Of a stretch of DNA of 64,000 nucleotides, positions 16,764 through 26,000 are shown piece by piece. Within the stretch, counting starts at the first letter, position 1. Each line of letters opens with the position of its first letter. The position numbers and the translations under genes are program-made. The notes beneath the pieces were generated by a model. The model ran no database searches and was not told the origin of the DNA. It was given only the letters and a program-made list of their open reading frames with translations. Source of the stretch: Gemmatimonadales bacterium. Its GTDB lineage: Bacteria; Gemmatimonadota; Gemmatimonadetes; Gemmatimonadales; GWC2-71-9. The stretch spans positions 1-64,000 of the forward strand of contig JBBQFH010000013.1 in assembly GCA_038321865.1 (NCBI GenBank), given 5' to 3'.

Positions 16764-18776
16764 TCAGAAGATGTAGCGCACCGAGCCGACCACCGATCTC
16801 GGCTGGCCCGGTGCGACGAACGCTCCCGCCTGCAGTTCCGGATACGCCCGGTTCAACAGATTCCTGAGACCGACCTCGATCTGGGCCCGGCCGGCCTGCA
16901 CGCCGCCGCTCAGGTGCAGCAGGGCGTAGGCGGGGAGCGTCACGCCCGGCTCGTCGAACGGGCTGTAGGGGCCCACGACGTTGCTGCCGAGGCGCAGGTG
17001 CCAGATCGCGCCCGGCGGCGCCACGTCCAGAGCCGCCGACCCGACGAATTTCGCGGTGTTGTACACCCGGACCCCGAACAGCGTGTCACCCTCCTCGGTG
17101 AGGAAGCGGCGATACTTCGCATCGTTGAGGGTGGCGTTGAGCGAAAGGCTCACCGCGGAGCCCAGCCGAGCGCGTACCTCCGCGTCCACGCCCTGGCGGC
17201 GGCTCGCGCCGTTGTCGGTGGCCTGCAGCGTGATGGGATCGAACGGCTGCTCGTTGCTCACGTCCATCCGGAACAGGGCGATGCTCGCATTCACGCGGCG
17301 GCCGTCGAACTTGACGCCGCTCTCATAGGCCCAGGCGGTGACGAGCGGCAGTGACGGGTCCTCGATCACGCCGTTGGCCTGGCGAAATCCCCGCGACACG
17401 TTCGCATAAACGTCACCGATGCGCTTCAGGTGGTACAGCGCGCCGAGCTTGGGTGAGACGATGGTGGATCCGGCGCCCATCGCCGCGCCTCCGCGCGGGG
17501 TGGTCCGGGTATCGAGATGATCGAGGCGGCCACCGAGACTCAGCCGCAGGTGTTGCCCCACGTCGGCCACGCTCTGCGCGAACAGCGCCCCGGACACCTG
17601 CCGCGACACGGCAAGCGTCTGCGCCGAGTCCCGGACACGGACGCTGGTGAACCAGTTCTCATAGTCGGCGTGGTCCCAGCGCGCCTCGCCGCCGAAAGTG
17701 AGCTGTGCCCGCGGGAGCGACCAGGTGAGCGCGCTGGTCGCGCCGAACCCGTAGCGTCGGTGCTCCTCCTCCGTCTGGCTGCCGCTTCCTTCGCCCGCCC
17801 CGCCCTCGGGCGGCACGGTCAGGAAGAGCTGCCACCGCGCCTGCGTCGCGTAGGCCGTGCTTCGCCACACGATCGGCGCACCCGACGGCGTGAGGCGCAC
17901 GCTCACGCGCTCCTGGGCCCGCCGCTTGAACCCGCCATCGCTCGGCTCGGCCACGACGGCATAATTCCGGTCGGCGAACTGCTCGCTGGTGAGAAAGCCG
18001 GGCGAATCCCAGGTCGCATCGTACAGCTCGACGCCGGCATCCACCGACGCGGCGGGCGAGAGGTCCCGCACGATGCGCGCATGCGCCTGGCCCAGCGCCG
18101 AGCCGCTGTTGGGGCGCCAGCCGTCCTCCCGCATGGCCCTGAGCCCGAAGACGCCCCCGCTCCCCTGCCGATCGAAACCGGTAAGCAGCGCGCCCTCGGC
18201 CCGGCCATACATGCCGCCCGATGCCCAGAGACTGGTGCCGCTGGTTCGCTCCAGGGTGCGGATGTTCACCGTCCCCGCCAGCGCGAAGTTGCCGTAGACG
18301 GCGCTGGTCGGCCCCTTGAACACGTCGATGCTCCGCACCGCCTGCGGGAACAGCAGGCTCCAGTCGCTGTACCCCTCGGCGTGGCCGTTGATCGGCTCGT
18401 TGATCGGGACGCCGTCGATCCAGAGCGCGACGTCCGTCGAGTGGTCGGAGCTGAAGCCGCGCAGGGATACGTCGGAGGCGAAGCCGGGCCCCTGACCCTG
18501 GTCGTGCACCTCGAGTCCCGCGGTCTGCCGGACGAGGTCATATGGATTGAGTGCCGGCGTGCGCTGCAGCACCACGGTCGGCACGCTGGTCGTGCTGGAC
18601 GGGTCTTCGCGGCGGACCGGCGCCGACGTGACCGTCACGGCGGGCAGCTCCACCGGCTGCGACAGCGTGTCGCCGTGCTGATGAATGCGGATCGTATCCG
18701 GTGTCACGGGCTGCTGGGCCGCGACCACCGACAACGGGGCTACCGCCAGGACGAGCCCGGCGAACAGACGGTGCAT
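16764..18776 (-). CDS. TonB-dependent receptor (probably metal or metallophore uptake)
   Basis: Signal peptide from ATG 18776 (MHRLFAGLVLAVAPLSVVAAQ); TonB-box-like VTVTSA; plug (LRGFSSDHSTD...DGVPINE...HAEGYSD...KGP); barrel ending VGSVRYIF. Confidence 0.9.
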   Translation of the reverse strand: MHRLFAGLVLAVAPLSVVAAQQPVTPDTIRIHQHGDTLSQPVELPAVTVTSAPVRREDPSSTTSVPTVVLQRTPALNPYDLVRQTAGLEVHDQGQGPGFASDVSLRGFSSDHSTDVALWIDGVPINEPINGHAEGYSDWSLLFPQAVRSIDVFKGPTSAVYGNFALAGTVNIRTLERTSGTSLWASGGMYGRAEGALLTGFDRQGSGGVFGLRAMREDGWRPNSGSALGQAHARIVRDLSPAASVDAGVELYDATWDSPGFLTSEQFADRNYAVVAEPSDGGFKRRAQERVSVRLTPSGAPIVWRSTAYATQARWQLFLTVPPEGGAGEGSGSQTEEEHRRYGFGATSALTWSLPRAQLTFGGEARWDHADYENWFTSVRVRDSAQTLAVSRQVSGALFAQSVADVGQHLRLSLGGRLDHLDTRTTPRGGAAMGAGSTIVSPKLGALYHLKRIGDVYANVSRGFRQANGVIEDPSLPLVTAWAYESGVKFDGRRVNASIALFRMDVSNEQPFDPITLQATDNGASRRQGVDAEVRARLGSAVSLSLNATLNDAKYRRFLTEEGDTLFGVRVYNTAKFVGSAALDVAPPGAIWHLRLGSNVVGPYSPFDEPGVTLPAYALLHLSGGVQAGRAQIEVGLRNLLNRAYPELQAGAFVAPGQPRSVVGSVRYIF

Positions 18777-18843
18777 GGTGCGCTCTGCGCAGAAGAATGC
18801 CGGCGCAAGGCGCGCCCGGCGAGACCGAGTTGAATGCGGGGTA

Positions 18844-19197
18844 CTACGCGCGGAGCGAGGGCGGACCGAGAGCGGGAGGAAGGTCGTGCGGGCGGACGCT
18901 GACGCGAAGTCGCGGCTCGGCTCGCGGAACGATGACCGCGATCGGCTGGACCGCGACCTGTCGCCAGCCGGCCGCCGTGGCCAGCGGTACGGCGGTGCCG
19001 CAGCGGACGAGACAGAGGTCACAGCAGGTTGCGTGGTGCGCCTGATGCGCCGGTCCCGGCCGGTGCGATGCGTCGGCGTGATGGACCTCGTGCGCCGGGG
19101 CCGGTGTTCCGGCCATCGCGAGCGGCACCACGACGGTCGCCAGGAGGATGGCGATCGCGAGCGCGAGCCGGGCGATGCGTGAGACGCGGCGATGCAT
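18844..19197 (-). CDS. DUF2946-like His/Cys-rich leader protein (CruR/CutF-like)
   Basis: Signal/TM segment, His-rich stretch, CCDLCLVRC, and C-terminal PPALGPP; lies 67 nt upstream of the TBDR start. Confidence 0.7.
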   Translation of the reverse strand: MHRRVSRIARLALAIAILLATVVVPLAMAGTPAPAHEVHHADASHRPGPAHQAHHATCCDLCLVRCGTAVPLATAAGWRQVAVQPIAVIVPRAEPRLRVSVRPHDLPPALGPPSLRA

Positions 19198-19203
19198 GGC
19201 CCG

Positions 19204-19232
19204 GATATAGCGACGACGACGGCGCCGGTCAA
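19204..19232 (-). promoter_or_regulatory. Sigma70-like promoter TTGACC-N17-TATATC, 6 nt before the leader ATG (leaderless)
   Basis: GGTCAA at 19227-32 and GATATA at 19204-09 on the + strand. Confidence 0.5.
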
Positions 19233-19278
19233 GCACGCGATTCACAACCGCGGGCTATCCGTTTACCTCTTCGTCGTG

Positions 19279-20280
19279 ATGAATCCGCACGATCCCGGCA
19301 CCGAGTCCGCCGGCGCGCGCGCCGGCCTTGTCGGCCCCGGCACCCAAGTCCCGGTGGCGGTGCCGGGCGGCGGGAGCGTGCTCGTCGGCACCGCGGGCTG
19401 GACCGATCCCACACTGACTGCGCCCGGCGTATTCTATCCGGCAGGCGCCACCTCCGCGGAAGACCGGCTGCGCTACTATGCCAGCCGTTTTCCGATCGTC
19501 GAGATCGATTCACCATATTATGCGCTCCCGAGCCGGCGCTCGGCGGAGCTCTGGGTCGCGCGCACCCCGGACAGCTTCACCTTCGACGTGAAGGCCAACG
19601 CACTGATGACCGGCCAGCCAAGCGAAGTGAGCCGGCTGCCCAAGGCGCTGCGGGATGCGCTGCCGCGCGAGCTGGCGGAGAAGCGCCGCATCTACGGCAG
19701 CGAGCTGCCGGCGGAGCTGTACGACGCCGTCTGGGCCTGGTTCGTGGACGCGCTGGAGCCGCTGCACGCGGCGGGCAAGCTGGGCGCGGTGCTGCTGCAG
19801 TATCCCAAATGGTTCCTGCCGAACCGCGAGAACGCCGAGTCGCTGCTCGACGCGAAGCGCCGGCTGGGTGAATACGGCGCGGCCGTCGAATTCCGCAACC
19901 ATCGCTGGTTCGCCGGGCGGACGGGTGCGCGCACCCTGGAGTTTCTGACCGAGCAGGAGCTGCCGCTGGTCATGGTGGACGGACCGCAGGGGATGGAGAG
20001 CAGCATTCCGCCGCTCCACGCGGTGACGTCGGCCCGTCTGGCGGTGGTCCGCCTGCACGGCCGGCGGCGCGAAACGTGGGAAACGCCCGGCGTGTCGGTG
20101 GCGGAGCGGTTCCGCTATCTGTATGACCGGAATGAGCTGCAGGAGTGGCTGCCCGGCATTCTCGATGCCGCGCGGGAGGCCAGGCGGGTGCACGTGATTC
20201 ACAACAACTGCTACGCGAACTACGGCGCCACAAACGCGCTCGAGATGGCCTCGCTGCTTCGGGAGCGGGCCGAGGCCTGA
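19279..20280 (+). CDS. DUF72 (YecE-like) protein
   Basis: GTAGW, LRYYASRFPIVEIDSPYY, FDVKA, KLGAVLLQYP, VEFRN, VRLHGR and HNNC motifs. Confidence 0.9.
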   Translation: MNPHDPGTESAGARAGLVGPGTQVPVAVPGGGSVLVGTAGWTDPTLTAPGVFYPAGATSAEDRLRYYASRFPIVEIDSPYYALPSRRSAELWVARTPDSFTFDVKANALMTGQPSEVSRLPKALRDALPRELAEKRRIYGSELPAELYDAVWAWFVDALEPLHAAGKLGAVLLQYPKWFLPNRENAESLLDAKRRLGEYGAAVEFRNHRWFAGRTGARTLEFLTEQELPLVMVDGPQGMESSIPPLHAVTSARLAVVRLHGRRRETWETPGVSVAERFRYLYDRNELQEWLPGILDAAREARRVHVIHNNCYANYGATNALEMASLLRERAEA

Positions 20281-20292
20281 CGCGGGGCGCGG

Positions 20293-20604
20293 CTACCGAT
20301 CCAGGGACCAGCTCCCGACGGCGACGACCGCGGCGGCGATCGAGGCCGCGACCGCCATCACCTTGGCCACCCGCGCCATCGCGGGGCGAAGACAGACCGG
20401 CGAATCGCGGAATTCGAGGCCGTGCAAGGGCAGGTGAAGGCGACGGTCACCGAAGTCGAGCAGTACCATGCCGTCGCGGTCGTCGTCCCGGCGGCGGCCG
20501 GGACACACGTCGTGCCAGCCGTCGGTGCTGACGCCGCTCGGCAGGATCAGGCGATCGGGCAGAATGCGGGCCTGCGAGCGCCGAAGCGAGATGGAAACTG
20601 GCAT
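20293..20604 (-). CDS. Hypothetical protein with C-terminal hydrophobic segment
   Basis: Fills the gap between DUF72 and PAP2; AGGA upstream; no recognisable motif. Confidence 0.4.
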   Translation of the reverse strand: MPVSISLRRSQARILPDRLILPSGVSTDGWHDVCPGRRRDDDRDGMVLLDFGDRRLHLPLHGLEFRDSPVCLRPAMARVAKVMAVAASIAAAVVAVGSWSLDR

Positions 20605-20720
20605 GAAGCTGGGGATCCTGAACCGGGTGGAAACGGGCAGCGGCAGGCGCGGCGGGAATGACGAAGTATACTCCCCGGCCGGTGCTTGCGGGAAGCGCGT
20701 GACCGGTACTCATTGGACGC

Positions 20721-21437
20721 ATGGTTTCGCTGCCCCAGCCCGCTCCGCCAACCCCGGCGGCGTCTCCCGCGGCACAGGTCCGGTCCGAGCGATTCGTCGG
20801 CCTGACGCTGCTCGTGGGCATCATCGCGGCCGTGGTCGTGCTGGGACTGCTGACCTGGCTCGCCCGCGAAATGCTCGAAGGCGAGACCCTCAGGTTCGAT
20901 GAGGCGGTGCGGGGCGCGGTGCATTCGGTCGCGGGGCCCGGGCTGACGCGTCTCATGCTCGCGGCCAGCCGGTTCGGCTCGCCCGTCTGGCTCGGGCCCG
21001 TCGGGGCCGTCATCGCCCTCTACTTCTTCGCCAGGGGATGGCGCCGTGCGGCGCTGCTGCTGCCGCTCACACTCATCGGCACCGGTATACTGGACACGCT
21101 GCTGAAGTACAGCTTCCAGCGCGCGCGCCCGACGGCGTTCTTCGACTACCCGCTCCCGACCTCCTACAGCTTCCCGAGCGGCCACGCGATGTTCAGCTTC
21201 TGCTTCTTCACCGTGCTCGCCGCCCTGCTGTCCCCCCGGCTCGCGCGGCCGGAGCTCCGCGTGCTGACCTGGACGCTGGCGATCGCCGCCGCATTGCTGA
21301 TCGGGCTCTCCCGCATCTATCTCGGCGTCCACTATCCCAGCGACGTCATCGCCGGTTACGGGACCGGGTTCGTCTGGGTGGTCGTCGTGGCGTTCGGGGA
21401 CCGCGTGGCGCACCGCATCAAGCACGGCCAGGCGTAG
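20721..21437 (+). CDS. PAP2 family membrane phosphatase
   Basis: KYSFQRARP, SFPSGH and SRIYLGVHYPSDV motifs. Confidence 0.92.
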   Translation: MVSLPQPAPPTPAASPAAQVRSERFVGLTLLVGIIAAVVVLGLLTWLAREMLEGETLRFDEAVRGAVHSVAGPGLTRLMLAASRFGSPVWLGPVGAVIALYFFARGWRRAALLLPLTLIGTGILDTLLKYSFQRARPTAFFDYPLPTSYSFPSGHAMFSFCFFTVLAALLSPRLARPELRVLTWTLAIAAALLIGLSRIYLGVHYPSDVIAGYGTGFVWVVVVAFGDRVAHRIKHGQA

Positions 21438-22327
21438 TGCCGCCCGTGGTGGTGCTGCTCAATGCGTCTTCCGGCAAGGGGAAGGCGCCGGCGGCGGCGA
21501 AGCTCATCCAGGAGATGTTCGCCGAAGCGGGCCGCGAGGTGCGCGTCGAGCTGGTGAACGGCGGCGAGCGCCTGCGCACCCTGGCACTGGAAGCGGTCGG
21601 CGGCGGGTGCGCCGCCCTGGTGGCGGGCGGCGGCGACGGAACGATCAACACCGCCGCGTCCGCTGTCGCCGGCACCGACATTCCCCTGGGCGTACTGCCA
21701 CTCGGCACGCTGAACCACTTCGCCAAGGATCTCGGCCTGCCGATCGATCTCGCCGAGGCGGTGCGCATCGTGCTCGGCGGCCGGACCACGCGGGTGGATG
21801 TCGGTGAGGTCAACGGCCGCGTCTTTCTCAACAACTCGAGCATCGGCGTGTACCCGCGCCTCGTTCGCCTCCGCGACCGGTACCAGAAGCGCGGACTGGG
21901 CAAGTGGATCGCGGCGTTCTGGGCCATGCTCGTCGTGCTGCGGCGGCATTCCTTCATGGGCGTGCGCGTCGTCGCCGACGGCGAGACGATCGTGCGTCGG
22001 ACGCCCTTCGTCTTCATCGGCAACAACGAGTACAGGATGGCAGGGACGGACGCCGGCAGTCGCGAGTCCCTGAACGGCGGGACGCTGGCGCTCTATCTCA
22101 TGAACGCGACCGGCCGGCGAAGTCTCCTCTGGCTGGCCTGGAAGATCCTGCTGGGCCACACCCAGCAGCTGCGGGAGCTGGAGACGGTGCTGGTGCGCGA
22201 GGCGACGGTGGAAACCCGCCGCGGGACGCAGAAGGTGGCCATCGATGGCGAAGTGATGGACGAGACGGGACCGCTGGAGTATCGCATCCGTCCCGGCGCG
22301 CTCAACGTTTTCACAGGTGACAGCTGA
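21437..22327 (+). CDS. Diacylglycerol/lipid kinase family protein (YegS/DgkB-like)
   Basis: NASSG, GGGDGT, PLGTLNHFA, FLNNSSIG and DGE motifs; GTG overlaps the PAP2 stop. Confidence 0.9.
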   Translation: MPPVVVLLNASSGKGKAPAAAKLIQEMFAEAGREVRVELVNGGERLRTLALEAVGGGCAALVAGGGDGTINTAASAVAGTDIPLGVLPLGTLNHFAKDLGLPIDLAEAVRIVLGGRTTRVDVGEVNGRVFLNNSSIGVYPRLVRLRDRYQKRGLGKWIAAFWAMLVVLRRHSFMGVRVVADGETIVRRTPFVFIGNNEYRMAGTDAGSRESLNGGTLALYLMNATGRRSLLWLAWKILLGHTQQLRELETVLVREATVETRRGTQKVAIDGEVMDETGPLEYRIRPGALNVFTGDS

Positions 22328-22328
22328 C

Positions 22329-23066
22329 ATGCGGACGTCGAATCCGGCACTGAAGGACGCACTGTACGGCACCCGGGCGGCGGCCGGCGAGGAGGCCATG
22401 ACGATCAACGGCACGATCGGCAAGGCATTCGTCCTCATGCTGCTCGCGCTCGGCACGGCGACCTTCACCTGGCACGCCGCACTCAACGGGCGGCCCGGAC
22501 TGGCCAGCGCCGGCATGCTGGTCGGCGTCATCGGCGGCTTCGTCGTGTCGCTGGTCGGCATCCTCAAGCCGCGCACCGCGCCCTTCACCGCTCCGGCCTA
22601 CGCGCTGCTCGAAGGCCTGGCGCTCGGCGCCATCTCCGCCTTTTACCAGACGCGCTACGCCGGCGTGCCGATCCAGGCGGTGACGCTGACCTTCCTGACG
22701 CTCTTCTCCGTGCTCGCGCTCTACCGCGCGGGCGTACTGCGCGCGACCGAGCGGTTCCGCGCCGTCGTCATGGCCGCGACGTTCGGCGTCATGCTCTTCT
22801 ACATGCTCTCCATCGTGCTGGGACTCTTCGGCATCCAGGTGCCGCTGATCCAGGACGCGTCACCGGTCGGCATCGTGTTCAGCGGCGCGGTGCTGATCCT
22901 GGCCGCCATGCACTACGTGCTGGACTTCGACTTCATCGAGCGCGGCGCCGCCGCCGGCGCGCCGAAGTACCTCGAGTTCTACAGTGCGATGGCCCTGCTC
23001 ATCACCACCGTCTGGGTCTATCTCGAGGCGCTTCGCCTCTTCAGCAAGCTGCAGCGCCGCCGCTGA
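22329..23066 (+). CDS. Bax inhibitor-1/YccA family membrane protein
   Basis: MRTSNPAL, MTINGT, YALLEGL, LDFDFIERG and VWVYLEALRL motifs; about 7 TMs. Confidence 0.88.
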   Translation: MRTSNPALKDALYGTRAAAGEEAMTINGTIGKAFVLMLLALGTATFTWHAALNGRPGLASAGMLVGVIGGFVVSLVGILKPRTAPFTAPAYALLEGLALGAISAFYQTRYAGVPIQAVTLTFLTLFSVLALYRAGVLRATERFRAVVMAATFGVMLFYMLSIVLGLFGIQVPLIQDASPVGIVFSGAVLILAAMHYVLDFDFIERGAAAGAPKYLEFYSAMALLITTVWVYLEALRLFSKLQRRR

Positions 23067-23069
23067 ACC

Positions 23070-26000
23070 TCAGAAGGGGCGGCCGCCACCGCCGCCGCCG
23101 CCGTCGAATCCGCGTCCCTCGCCCTGGCCGCCGGGGCCGCCCTGGCCCCGGCCCCGCGGCGTCCTGATCCGCTCCGGTACCTTGGTCCACTGTTCCGGGG
23201 TCAGCACCGCCTGCACGTCGGCAAGCGCCTTCCGGCCGCCGGCCTGCGCTTCCTGGATCCGCGGCCGGAGCGCCATGAACAGCCGGGCCGGGTCCGGGCT
23301 CGGTCCCGCCTTGGTGACTTCCGCCTGAATCGCCGCGGCGAGCGCCGCGTGTTGCGCCCTCACCGAGTCGGCCAGGACCTTGAGCTTCGCCTGCTGGTCG
23401 GCGGTGAGCGCCAGCGAATCCTTGAGCACGAGGATGGAATCAGCCGGATTCGGCAGGAAGGCGGCCATCCGGTTCACCAGTCCCTCGGAACCCGCGGCCC
23501 CGCGGCGGAGTCCTTCCAGCGCCTGGCGGGTCCGGTCGGGGCCGATGGTCAGGCGCGCCTGGATGCCGACCTGGAACGGCGATCGGATCGCGGTGGTGGT
23601 GCCGCCGGTCGCTCCGAAGCGCTCGTTCACCGCGTAAGTGAAGTTGTGCGTGGTCGAGTCGAAGCCGGTGACGTACAGCAGCGTCGCATCGGGCCGCGCA
23701 TTCAGCCCCCAGCCGTGCGCGTTGGCCGAGCCGTGGATGAGATCGTCGACGCCGCGCAGCAGGTTGACCGTCACCACCGAGATCATCAGCTGGCGGCGGA
23801 GGCCGAGGATGGTCGGCCGGTAGTTGAGCTGCAGGTCGAACGATCCCTGCCATGGGCCGAGACAGCTGTTCCGGCCCGCCACCACACCGAGCTGCGCGGT
23901 GAGGCAGCTGCGGATGCGGCTCGGGGCCGTCGCGATCAGCCGGTCCATCGCGGCGCCGATGGCGGGATCGGGCGCGGTGCCTGACGTGAAGATGTACGCC
24001 CGGTCGTTCCGCAGCCCGTCTCCGTTGATGTCGGAGCCCACGCGCGGCGTGAACGGCGTGCCCGAGGTCAGGCGCGCAATCGTGGTGATCTCGAGCGAGC
24101 GGCCGATCGGATAGGTGAGGGTGGTGAGAAACGAGTGGCGGCGCTCGAGGTCACTGGTCGCCCACTCGGGGATGTTGGGGTTGCCGGCGGTGGTCGCCGA
24201 TCCGAAGCCCTGGGTGCCGAACCCGCTGCTGGAGAGCTGGTCCCGCGAGCGGGACAGGCTGTACGACGCCTGGAAGATCACGCCCTTGCGGGTGATGCCG
24301 CCGAGCGACGCGGTGAGCTGCTTCGAGGTGGATGCGAGGCCGGAGTTGGCCTGGATCACCTGACCGAACGCCGCGTCACGCCGGGAGCCGGTGAAGCCGA
24401 CGGCGCCGGTCGCCGGATCGATCTGGCTCGGATCCACGAATACCGGCCGGTTGCCTTCGTTCGACAGACCGAATTGCGGCGTGTCGTTGAGGTTGAGATC
24501 GGTGAAGCCGGTCTGGCTCACTCCGCGCGCGTAGCTCCCGTCGAGCGAGAAGCGGATCAGCTGGGTCACGGCGCGCTGCATGCCGAGAGACGTGCGCCAG
24601 GAACGCGGCGCCTGGAAGCCATCGCGGAAGACCAGCGCGTTGGGCGCGGTGGTCGCGATCGCCGGCCCGCCGGGGGCGCATTCCGTGGGGATGGTGGACG
24701 GGTCGGCGGCGTAGGCGGCCCAGTCCGGCGTGGGCGAGCCCTCGCCGACGCAGAAGAACTGCGATTCCGAGTTGACCAGTCCGGTGGATGACTGCGCGAA
24801 CGACGCGAGCGACAGCGGCATCGGGCTCCGGAATTCCCCGCCGCCGCCGCGGATGATCCACTTGGGCGGCGCCCCTTCCTGCTGTCCCAGCGTCCAGCTG
24901 AATCCGGCGCGCGGGCTCAGGTGCGTTTCGGATGGAAGCCGGTCGGTACGGCTGCCGAAGCTGGCATCGAGCGCCGGGTTGTAGGCCGGGGGGTTCCGGA
25001 ACGAGGAGCCCTCACCGCGGACGCCGTAGGTGAGCTGGAGGCTTCGGGTGGTGCGCCAGGTGTCCCCGAAGTACGCGGCATAGTCCACACCGCTGGCGTT
25101 CCGCGCGAGCGGCGCCACGGTGCGCGCGAAGCTCGCCGGGCGCCCGGCTTCGAGATCGGCCAGCGAGTTGAACTGGAACGAGCCGAGCTGATTGGTGGAC
25201 GAGACGTCGTTCGAGCGCTGGACATTGTACATCAGCCCCAGCTTGAGCCGGTGCACGCCGGTGCCGGGGAGCCAGGACAGCTCATCGCTGGTCTCCAGGC
25301 CGTGCGTGCGCGAGCGCTGGGGAAACCCCGTGGCACCGCCGAAGGACAGCGCGCTGATCGACGTCGACCCGTCCGACAGCTCCGAGGCGACCTGCACTCG
25401 GCCCGCCGGCAGCGGCGTGAACGCCGCACCGTCTCGCTTGGAGCCGGTCAGGTAGGCCCGCGCCTCGTTGATGAAGTGCACGCCGAAGCGGGACGTGAGC
25501 GTCGCCATGCCGCCGCCGCCGTCGGTATCGAGCGTGCCGCCGGTCTGCGGCAGTGACAGCGAGCCCACCCGTGACGGATCCTGGCTCGAGCCGCGCCAGT
25601 CGCCGCGCAGCGTCAGGGTGTGCGCATCGGACAGGAGGTAGTCGAACCGCACCAGCGCCGAGTAGTTGTTGCTTTTCCGGCTGCTGGGGAAAATGGTCGT
25701 GGCCGAGGTCACGCCCTGGCTCGCGAGGATCGAGGTGAGGCGCGCCACCGAGTCCGGTGACACGCCCAGGCGCTCGAGATCGGTGCTCGTCGCGTCGAGC
25801 AGCGTGGGCTGCGCGTCGGTCCGGAGCGTCGCCTGCAGCGAGCCGAACACGAAGAGCCGATTGTTGATGATGGGGCCACCGAGGCCGCCGCTCAGCAGGT
25901 TCTGGGTGAAGCCGCTGGTGAAGGGCGAGTCGCCGCCGTCGACGGTGAGGCCGTCGTCTCGAAGCGAATAGTTGGCCGTGCCCTGGATGACGTTGGTGCC

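Noticed and set aside
18777..19232. 152-aa N-terminal extension on the TonB-dependent receptor in the ORF track
   Set aside because: The signal peptide starts at ATG 18776, and the upstream region is better explained by the DUF2946-like ORF in another frame.
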